A stretch of DNA of 32,000 nucleotides. Origin: Candidatus Saccharimonadota bacterium. GTDB taxonomy: Bacteria; Patescibacteriota; Saccharimonadia; Saccharimonadales; Saccharimonadaceae. Each line of letters begins with the position of its first letter. Position 1 is the first letter of the stretch. Shown one piece after another: positions 11,394 through 18,112 of this stretch. The notes under the pieces are model-generated. The model saw only the letters and a program-made list of their open reading frames with translations. It made no database searches and had not been told where the DNA came from. The stretch lies in assembly GCA_016700015.1 (NCBI GenBank), contig CP064995.1, positions 180,001 through 212,000 on the forward strand, given 5' to 3'. The position numbers and the translations under genes were made by a program.

Positions 11394-11416
11394 GTTAGTG
11401 TACTATACACACTAAC
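11394..11416. promoter_or_regulatory. Candidate NrtR operator S6 (GTTAGTGT-ACTATAC-ACACTAAC), perfect 8-bp arms
   Basis: Perfect inverted repeat with a 7-nt spacer. Overlaps the predicted nadE -10 by 2 nt and covers its TSS. Also fills the -35/-10 spacer of a divergent plus-strand TATAAT promoter. Confidence 0.6.
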
Positions 11417-11422
11417 TATAAT
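11395..11422 (+). promoter_or_regulatory. Possible promoter of the divergent membrane-protein gene (weak -35 TTAGTG, N16, perfect TATAAT)
   Basis: TATAAT at 11417-11422 directly abuts the operator right arm. The -35 region is the operator left arm. Confidence 0.35.
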
Positions 11423-11443
11423 AAAGTACTGCAACAGAGTCAA
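11415..11443 (-). promoter_or_regulatory. Predicted nadE-nrtR promoter (TTGACT-N17-TATAGT on the minus strand)
   Basis: -35 is the complement of 11438-11443 and -10 the complement of 11415-11420, with a 17-nt spacer. Confidence 0.5.
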
Positions 11444-11476
11444 CAGAAAAGAGTTAAATTTTTAAAACGGTATTCT

Positions 11477-12259
11477 ATGAGTAGCTGGTATACTGTGTGT
11501 ATGCGACATATAAACAAAAACACACTCTATTGCTTTTCGCCACCAGTGATGTTGGCGACATTTGCCATCGAAATTAGTCTTGCTGCCTATGTTACATGGC
11601 GCTATAAATTGACGAGTATTACAAAGCTTGCTGTTTCGATCCTGTTCTTTCTCGCTGTCTTTCAGCTTGCTGAATACAATGTGTGTGAAGGAAGTTTTGG
11701 CGTCGATAGTTTGTCGTGGTCAAGACTCGGTTATATAGCGATCACGATGCTACCGCCACTGGGCTTTCATTTGGCAACCCGGCTAGCGGGTAGGCGTGAT
11801 ACGGTAGCAGTAGCAATCGGCTATACAATGGCTGGAATGTTTGCTGCTTTTTTTATGTTTGCTGGTAATGGGTTGACGGCAAGTGCTTGCCTCGGCAATT
11901 ACGTCATATTCAAAACCGCACCTGGCACATCGACGCTCTACGGTCTTTACTACTACGGCTGGTTAATTGTAGGCACCGTCTATTGCTGGATGATGGCCAA
12001 ACGACAGGCCAAACCTAACCAAGCGGCCGCACTGCGCGCTTTGATGGTGGGCTATTTGGCTTTCATTACTCCTACTACATTTGTTAATATCGTCAATCCA
12101 GAAACAGTAGCCGGCATACCCTCTATTATGTGTGGATTTGCCGTCTTGCTTGCGATTATTTTAGCCGGTGAGGTGATTCCAAAGTACTATAAAATGCCCG
12201 GCATTCTTCAATTTTCGGGTGTAGCAAGAGGAAGAGCAAATGCGAAAACTGCCAAATAG
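11477..12259 (+). CDS. Polytopic membrane protein of unknown function (about 7 hydrophobic segments)
   Basis: 260-aa ORF with regularly spaced hydrophobic helices. No family recognised. An alternative ATG lies at 11501. Divergent from nadE. Confidence 0.6.
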   Translation: MSSWYTVCMRHINKNTLYCFSPPVMLATFAIEISLAAYVTWRYKLTSITKLAVSILFFLAVFQLAEYNVCEGSFGVDSLSWSRLGYIAITMLPPLGFHLATRLAGRRDTVAVAIGYTMAGMFAAFFMFAGNGLTASACLGNYVIFKTAPGTSTLYGLYYYGWLIVGTVYCWMMAKRQAKPNQAAALRALMVGYLAFITPTTFVNIVNPETVAGIPSIMCGFAVLLAIILAGEVIPKYYKMPGILQFSGVARGRANAKTAK

Positions 12260-12599
12260 TACTCGTAAAATACTCATTGGATTTTCCGGATGGGCCGTTC
12301 TGCTTGTGGGTGTCATTATGATTCCTTACCCTGGTCCCGGTTGGGTAGTAGTGTTTATTGGATTATCTATTCTCGCGACTGAATTTGAATGGGCAAGCGA
12401 TGCTCATAACTATGTTCATACAAAATATGATGCTTGGCAGAAGTGGCTTGTTTCGCAGCCATTTTTTATTAAAGCTTTATTTTGGTGTCTGACAGCACTG
12501 ACGGTTGTTGTGACCGTGTGGCTTCTCAACGGCTACGGTTTGCTTGCCAGTTGGGCCGGACTTAATCTGCCGTGGCTTAACTCACCGCTTGTAAGGTAG
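12240..12599 (+). CDS. PGPGW-motif small membrane protein (TIGR02611-like)
   Basis: The motif IPYPGPGWVVVFIGLSILATEFEWA is characteristic of the PGPGW transmembrane family. Overlaps the upstream gene by 20 nt. Confidence 0.65.
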   Translation: MRKLPNSTRKILIGFSGWAVLLVGVIMIPYPGPGWVVVFIGLSILATEFEWASDAHNYVHTKYDAWQKWLVSQPFFIKALFWCLTALTVVVTVWLLNGYGLLASWAGLNLPWLNSPLVR

Positions 12600-12610
12600 G
12601 TCGTAGTTTT

Positions 12611-14410
12611 ATGGCAAAACGCAAAATGTCAACTAAGCAGGTTTTGACAGCGCTCTGGAGTGTTGCTCGTACGACCTATAAGGCGTCACCCATTGCGGTA
12701 GCACTTAAACTTGTGGGCGCAGTGATTGAGGCAATTCTGCCGATTACGATAGCTTATTTTGCTGCTGCAACAACAACAGCGCTTGTGGCGGCGTATTCAG
12801 GAGATGCTGCGGCCGGCCGAACAGCACTTACCTACGTATTTATAACAGCCATGCTTGGGCTTATATCGACAGCCTGGGGCAGTATTTCACGCTATATTGG
12901 AGAGCTGGCCAAGTATAAGATTGACGCCGAAATTACCGACAGCCTATACTGTCATTTTGTTGAGCTAGAGTACTGGTATTATGACGACAAAGAAACGGCA
13001 GATCTGTTCGATAAAGCGCAAAATTTTGCCTTTTATTTTTCGCGATTTTTCGACGATATCGCGAGTATGCTGAGTGGCATTTTGCGTGCAGTCGTAGCCA
13101 TCATCGCTGTATCATCCGTTGCTTGGTGGATGTCGCCTCTCCTTGTCGCAGCTGTTATACCAAGCATGTATTTCCAGTTTAGGCTTTCGAGAATGCAGAG
13201 CGCACACTGGAAAGAAAACGTTGTCACGCGTCGGACGATGAGTCAGATTAAATGGAGTGTCTTCCAGTCGCGCAATATTGCCGAGCTACGCATCTATGGA
13301 CTGGTAAAATATATGCTAAACTGGCACGCCGATTTGCGCGCTCAAGACGAAAAAACGCGTATTGATTTTGAGCGAAGCTATATTGGTAAGCGTCTTTTGG
13401 CGCAACTGCTGGAAGCTTTTGTAGAAGTAGGAGCACTGATATACGTGGTACTAGAGATTATTGCGCGTCGCCAGGCGGTAGGACAGTTTTTGTATGCTCA
13501 GCAAATGGTCTCGCAGACGCTATCAGGCACCCGCGAGGTGATTAGTCGCTTTAGCGGAATGGATGAGGATCTGGCGACGCTTTTTGACTATGAAGCATTC
13601 ATGAAACTTACAAAAAACACTGGCGCTGGCACTATATTGAAGTCTGTTCCTGGCCGGATACGGCTCGAACACGTCTCATTCACGTATCCGCAGTCAAAAG
13701 CCCGCGTACTAAACGATATTAGCTTTGCTATCGAGACCAATCAGCATATAGCCATTGTCGGCGAAAATGGCGCTGGAAAAAGTACTCTCATTAAACTTAT
13801 TCTTGGCATATACCGTCCGACTAGGGGCAAGATATTTCTTGACGGTAAGAATCTAGCGGGGGTACAGTTGTCTTCTTGGCATGCCATGTTGGGTGTGTTG
13901 AAGCAAGATTATCTGAGCTTTTGGTTTACGACCGCACGCAACAATGTGGCTTTTGGGGACGTTTCTCGTCCGTACGATGAAGATCGATTCCAGCAGGCAC
14001 TTGTTCGCGCTGAGGCAAAGAGTTTCGTTGACAGACTTCCGCAAGGTTCTGACACCTTTGTTGATAAGTGGGCTGAAGACGATGACGGTAACCCGGGCAC
14101 TGATTTATCTGGGGGACAATGGCAACGCCTTGTACTGGCCCGCAACTTTTATCGAAATAGCCCAATTATTATTCTCGATGAACCGACCAGTGCAATTGAT
14201 GCGCTCGCTGAGGCGCGTATATTCGACCATTTGTTTGCCGATAAAAACCGCACGGTAATTACGATTAGCCATCGATTGACAACTGTCCAGAAAGCAGACG
14301 TGATCTATATGATGAAGGCGGGGAGAATTGTTGAATCAGGGACACATACCGAGCTTGTGAAGTTGCGTGGTGAATACTACACCATGTTCAAAGCACAACT
14401 ACACGAATAA
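12611..14410 (+). CDS. ABC transporter, fused permease/ATP-binding protein (exporter type)
   Basis: N-terminal 6-TM-like region. Walker A GENGAGKST, signature LSGGQWQR, Walker B IIILDEPTSAID, H-loop ISHR. Confidence 0.9.
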   Translation: MAKRKMSTKQVLTALWSVARTTYKASPIAVALKLVGAVIEAILPITIAYFAAATTTALVAAYSGDAAAGRTALTYVFITAMLGLISTAWGSISRYIGELAKYKIDAEITDSLYCHFVELEYWYYDDKETADLFDKAQNFAFYFSRFFDDIASMLSGILRAVVAIIAVSSVAWWMSPLLVAAVIPSMYFQFRLSRMQSAHWKENVVTRRTMSQIKWSVFQSRNIAELRIYGLVKYMLNWHADLRAQDEKTRIDFERSYIGKRLLAQLLEAFVEVGALIYVVLEIIARRQAVGQFLYAQQMVSQTLSGTREVISRFSGMDEDLATLFDYEAFMKLTKNTGAGTILKSVPGRIRLEHVSFTYPQSKARVLNDISFAIETNQHIAIVGENGAGKSTLIKLILGIYRPTRGKIFLDGKNLAGVQLSSWHAMLGVLKQDYLSFWFTTARNNVAFGDVSRPYDEDRFQQALVRAEAKSFVDRLPQGSDTFVDKWAEDDDGNPGTDLSGGQWQRLVLARNFYRNSPIIILDEPTSAIDALAEARIFDHLFADKNRTVITISHRLTTVQKADVIYMMKAGRIVESGTHTELVKLRGEYYTMFKAQLHE

Positions 14411-14433
14411 ACCCCGCCACAAAGACGAGGTTT
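14409..14433. terminator. Possible bidirectional terminator between the convergent ABC and RRM genes
   Basis: AAACCcCG-N9-CGaGGTTT imperfect hairpin (one mismatch) flanked by A/T runs. Confidence 0.35.
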
Positions 14434-14454
14434 ATTACAGGTACGGGGAAGTGA

Positions 14455-14769
14455 TTACCAGCTACGCTGACGGAATGAACCGCCGTTGCCACCACCGAAG
14501 TCGCCACGTGGACGATCTTCTTTAGGGCGAGCTACGCTGACTGCAATGGTGCGGCCATCGAGCTCTTTGCCGTTTAACTGGTCAATAGCTTTTTGGTTGT
14601 CATCTTCGTTTTCGAACTCGACAAAACCAAAACCTTTGCTGCGACCGCTATCACGATCAGTGATAACACGCGCGCTAGCAACAGGACCAACGGTTGCAAA
14701 AAATGCTTGCAAGCTGTCGTCAGTGGTTGCGTAGGCAAGGCTGCCTACAAATAGATTTGCTTTTGACAT
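14455..14769 (-). CDS. RRM-type RNA-binding protein with Gly/Arg-rich tail
   Basis: RNP-2 (LFVGSLAY) and RNP-1 (KGFGFVEF) motifs. C-terminal RPRGDFGGGNGGSFRQR tail. Confidence 0.9.
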   Translation of the reverse strand: MSKANLFVGSLAYATTDDSLQAFFATVGPVASARVITDRDSGRSKGFGFVEFENEDDNQKAIDQLNGKELDGRTIAVSVARPKEDRPRGDFGGGNGGSFRQRSW

Positions 14770-14933
14770 ACTATTCTTTCTTATTACTTTACCGTCAGAT
14801 CGACCAAAGTTCCGTTTGTCCTGAAAGAATAGTAGATACTAATTTTCATTTCTCGTGTGTACTTGTTTCTGAACATGTATAGTTAAGCACATTTATCCAG
14901 ATAATACTAGCAGTAGCTGTATGCAATAATGAC

Positions 14934-14961
14934 TTGCATTTTATTAGCATATGCATAATAC
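14934..14961 (+). promoter_or_regulatory. Possible promoter TTGCAT-N16-TAATAC
   Basis: -35 at 14934-14939, -10 at 14956-14961. About 120 nt upstream of the intrinsic terminator at 15056-15087. Confidence 0.3.
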
Positions 14962-14967
14962 TATGTT

Positions 14968-15087
14968 CATGCTGGTACGCATACGGGGTACCCGTAGCGT
15001 AAAAACAAACAAATCTTACACCACACCAGTGCCCCGGGTGGGCGCGTAACAGCAGAAAATTACCTCTTATCACGAGAGGTAATTTTT
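14968..15087 (+). ncRNA. Candidate ~120-nt small RNA (or tRNA-Ala leader)
   Basis: Contains a 5' hairpin (TACGCaTACGGG-GTA-CCCGTAGCGTA, about 14977-15003), a CA-rich unpaired stretch, a GC-rich hairpin (GCCC-CGGGT-GGGC) and a perfect 12-bp terminator stem. No family recognised. Confidence 0.25.
15056..15087. terminator. Intrinsic terminator hairpin (AAAATTACCTCT-tatcacg-AGAGGTAATTTT)
   Basis: Perfect 12-bp stem and 7-nt loop. Carries T-tracts on both strands. Confidence 0.6.
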
Positions 15088-15105
15088 GCTACACTATTTA
15101 TATCT

Positions 15106-15181
15106 GGGGCACTAGCTCATCTGGTAGAGCGCTTCCATGGCATGGAAGAGGTGAGCAGTTCAAGTCTGCTGTGCTCCACCA
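15106..15181 (+). tRNA. tRNA-Ala (anticodon GGC), CCA encoded
   Basis: Cloverleaf by hand: acceptor GGGGCAC/GTGCTCC with the G3:U70 Ala identity pair, D arm GCTC/GAGC, anticodon arm CTTCC-ATGGCAT-GGAAG, T arm AGCAG-TTCAAGT-CTGCT, then ACCA. Confidence 0.9.
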
Positions 15182-15235
15182 AATTACTTTAGTTTATAGT
15201 ATTTCCCGATGCGTAGTATAGTAGATGTATAGCTT

Positions 15236-15808
15236 ATGCATAAAAAACTAGGTTTTACTGTTGTAGAGATACTGGTCGTCATCACTGTTATTGGTGTCAT
15301 ATCCACTGTAGTGGTTGTGGCATATCGGGGTGTGCAAGAACGGGCATATATGGCACAGGTTTATACAAATGTCAGTAATACCGCTAAGCTTATGAACACT
15401 TACCACACGTTTAATGGTACGTATCCTATTGTTGCCAATACAAATTGCTTGGGCAAAGTAGGCGAATACCCAGCGGCAAACGGATTTCAAGCAGGTTCAT
15501 GTGGGATTGATACTGCGAACGGCTCTTCATGGGGCCAGGCAAATGACAGTCTTGTCACTATGCTTACCACTATAGGTACCGTGCCCTCGGGCGCAATAAG
15601 GACCTCAACTAATTATGGCATTAAATATCGAGGAGTTTATTTTCAGATTAACGACTATCCTGGCGGTTCTGCATGGCCTGATTCGGTCTTTTTCGAATTT
15701 TCTGTATCAGGTAACCTATCTTGTCTCGGTAAGCCCTATATTAGGAGGTATGATTCATCTGCGAACACCACTTACTGCTCGTACTACTTCGATGCGTCGG
15801 GGAATTAA
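15236..15808 (+). CDS. Type IV pilin / pseudopilin with prepilin N-terminal cleavage-methylation motif
   Basis: MHKKLG|FTVVEILVVITVIGVI has the class III signal peptide with Glu at +5. A C-terminal Cys pair (SCLGK...YCSYYF) is compatible with a pilin disulfide loop. No obvious SD. Confidence 0.8.
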   Translation: MHKKLGFTVVEILVVITVIGVISTVVVVAYRGVQERAYMAQVYTNVSNTAKLMNTYHTFNGTYPIVANTNCLGKVGEYPAANGFQAGSCGIDTANGSSWGQANDSLVTMLTTIGTVPSGAIRTSTNYGIKYRGVYFQINDYPGGSAWPDSVFFEFSVSGNLSCLGKPYIRRYDSSANTTYCSYYFDASGN

Positions 15809-15885
15809 TGGCACCCCTTTAAATACACCGTCGACTGTGGTATACTGTTAATAAGGAAGGTCTGTCGTACGCAGACCATTATTTT

Positions 15886-17703
15886 ATGAAAGACGCATTA
15901 TATATTCGCAATATCGCTATCATAGCGCACGTCGACCACGGTAAAACAACACTTGTCGACGGGTTATTAAAACAGAGCAATACATTTCGGGATAATCAGG
16001 CTGAAATGAACCAAACACTCATTATGGACAGCGGCGACCAAGAGCATGAGCGCGGCATCACTATTACCGCCAAGCAGACGAGCATCTACTACGGTGACTA
16101 TAAGATTAATATCATCGACACACCTGGACACGCTGATTTTAGCGGAGAAGTCGAACGAACACTCAATATGGCAGATGGCGTGCTGCTGGTTGTTGATGCC
16201 CAAGAAGGGCCAATGCCGCAAACAAAATTCGTGCTGACAAAAGCACTAGAGCTTGGTCTTGCTCCGGTGGTGGTTATCAACAAAATTGACAAACCGGCCC
16301 GACGCATCGCCGAAGTGGAAGACGAGCTGGCGGATTTGTTTCTCGAGCTTGCAACCGATGAGTCACAGCTTCACTATCCGACCTACTATGCGATTGCGCG
16401 CGAAGGCAAAGCATGGAAATCTCTTCCTGATAATCCAAGTGAGCATGCTGACCTAACGGCAATATTTAAGGCTATTTTAGAACATATTCCTGTACCAAAG
16501 GTATCAGACGGGCCCTTGCAGCTGCTTGTCACGGCTTTACAGTACGACTCATTTGTAGGTAAGTATGCCATTGGACGCATTTCGCGCGGTATCGCTACGC
16601 GTGGTCAAGGGGTGGTGGTGATGAAACGTGATGGAGAGGCTGTTGCTGGTAAAATTGAACGAGTTTTTGGTTATCGAGGTCTGACTCGTGAAGAAATCAG
16701 CGAAGCAGGAGCGGGCGATATTGTCGCACTTGTTGGCCTGGGCGATGCGCACATCGGCGATACTGTTGCTGACAAAGCCGCACCGGAGCCGCTACCTACA
16801 ATTAGCATCGAAGCTCCAACAATAAGCATGTATCTTGGCCCCAATACCAGCCCTATGAAGGGTCGTGAAGGCGAGTTTAATACCAGCCGACAACTCGGCG
16901 ATCGATTGCAGCGTGAACTGGAAAGCAATGTCGCGCTTCGCGTGGTAGAAAATGGTATCGGATTCACTATTAGTGGGCGTGGAGAGCTCCACCTTTCTGT
17001 TTTGATCGAATCCATGCGACGAGAGGGGTATGAATTTGAAGTTGGACGTCCTGAGGTTGTGACGATTGTAGAAAATGGGGTGACAAAAGAACCAATGGAG
17101 GAGTTGCAAATTGAAATTGGCCAGGAATTTATCGGAGTAGTTAGTCAGGAGTTAGGCTCGCGCCGTGCCGAACTTGTGCGACAAGAAACGACAGCCAGCG
17201 GCAGTGCTCGTATGACATACCACTTGCCAACTCGAGCAATGATTGGTTTACGCAATCTTCTTCTGACCGACACAAAAGGCACGGTTATTATGAACAGCTT
17301 GCCGCATGGATATGCACCTATGGGCGGCAAGCTGCCGCGTACACGAAACGGCGTGCTAATCGCGTTTGAAGCTGGTACGACAACTCCCTACGCACTCGAA
17401 GCTGCTGAAGCGCGTGGCGAGCTGTTTGTAGGGCCAGCTACAGAGGTGTATGCCGGCATGATTGTCGGACGCTATAACCGACAGGATGATCTAGAAATCA
17501 ATGTCTGTAAGGCTAAGCACCTTACGAACATGCGCTCAAAATCAAGTGACGGTACCGTTCAGTTGACCCCCTATATCGACTTAAGTCTCGAACAGTGTAT
17601 TGATTTCATTGAAGACGATGAGTTACTTGAAGTCACGCCGAAAAATTTGCGTTTACGCAAGAGATACCTTGATTCAAACCAAAGAAAACGAGTAAATAAA
17701 TAA
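15886..17703 (+). CDS. typA: Translational GTPase TypA/BipA
   Basis: IRNIAIIAHVDHGKTTLVD (G1), DTPGHADF (G3), NKID (G4). 605 aa with the BipA-specific C-terminal domain. Confidence 0.95.
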   Translation: MKDALYIRNIAIIAHVDHGKTTLVDGLLKQSNTFRDNQAEMNQTLIMDSGDQEHERGITITAKQTSIYYGDYKINIIDTPGHADFSGEVERTLNMADGVLLVVDAQEGPMPQTKFVLTKALELGLAPVVVINKIDKPARRIAEVEDELADLFLELATDESQLHYPTYYAIAREGKAWKSLPDNPSEHADLTAIFKAILEHIPVPKVSDGPLQLLVTALQYDSFVGKYAIGRISRGIATRGQGVVVMKRDGEAVAGKIERVFGYRGLTREEISEAGAGDIVALVGLGDAHIGDTVADKAAPEPLPTISIEAPTISMYLGPNTSPMKGREGEFNTSRQLGDRLQRELESNVALRVVENGIGFTISGRGELHLSVLIESMRREGYEFEVGRPEVVTIVENGVTKEPMEELQIEIGQEFIGVVSQELGSRRAELVRQETTASGSARMTYHLPTRAMIGLRNLLLTDTKGTVIMNSLPHGYAPMGGKLPRTRNGVLIAFEAGTTTPYALEAAEARGELFVGPATEVYAGMIVGRYNRQDDLEINVCKAKHLTNMRSKSSDGTVQLTPYIDLSLEQCIDFIEDDELLEVTPKNLRLRKRYLDSNQRKRVNK

Positions 17704-17743
17704 ATCTATCGCGCAGTGTCGATAAAAGCACGATAGATTGTTT
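17703..17743. terminator. Hairpin between typA and the convergent mini-gene (AATCTATCG-N19-CGATAGATT)
   Basis: 9-bp perfect stem. On the minus strand it is followed by ATTTATTTATTT. On the plus strand only GTTTG follows. Confidence 0.45.
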
Positions 17744-17756
17744 GAGAGACACCGAC

Positions 17757-17819
17757 TTAGCGCAGTGCAATAACTGCAGCTTCGCCCAAATACTGAACTG
17801 GAATTTGCTTGCTTTTCAT
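17757..17819 (-). CDS. Candidate 20-codon small ORF (MKSKQIPVQYLGEAAVIALR)
   Basis: ATG is preceded by AAAGGAGAG with a 2-nt spacer. It has its own TTTACA-N17-TATGAT promoter and a hairpin plus T-tract 16 nt after the TAA. No homolog recognised. Confidence 0.3.
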   Translation of the reverse strand: MKSKQIPVQYLGEAAVIALR

Positions 17820-17856
17820 GGCTCTCCTTTTTATTTTTCCACCGTTTTATGTCTCT

Positions 17857-17885
17857 ATCATACTACTCGAAGCACAAGCTGTAAA
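17857..17885 (-). promoter_or_regulatory. Predicted promoter of the mini-gene (TTTACA-N17-TATGAT on the minus strand)
   Basis: -35 is the complement of 17880-17885 and -10 the complement of 17857-17862, with a 17-nt spacer. Confidence 0.45.
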
Positions 17886-17919
17886 TACGTAAATAAGACA
17901 AAGTTTACTACCGTTACCC

Positions 17920-17948
17920 TTGTTATTTGACCACACAAGCAGTATAAT
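17920..17948 (+). promoter_or_regulatory. Predicted promoter of the GH13 gene (TTGTTA-N17-TATAAT)
   Basis: -35 at 17920-17925, -10 at 17943-17948. Implies a ~160-nt leader. Confidence 0.4.
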
Positions 17949-18112
17949 AATCAAAGTATGCTACACTGGCTGCTCCAACGAAAATCAACATCTGACAAAG
18001 TCACGAATACGGCAAAATCCACCACCGCAACTGCGGTGGTTGCAATCATGCCTGTATATGGGTCGCTCAATCCATTGTATGGCGAGTCTCTTGATGACAA
18101 AATCGAGTATAC

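Noticed and set aside
14846-15073. 75-aa minus-strand ORF in the RRM/tRNA-Ala intergenic region
   Set aside because: It has no SD and an implausible composition, it runs through a terminator hairpin, and no homology is recognised.
15092-15099. ACACTATT half-site upstream of tRNA-Ala
   Set aside because: There is no matching left arm 7 nt upstream (GAGGTAAT), so it is an isolated half-site likely arising by chance in AT-rich DNA.
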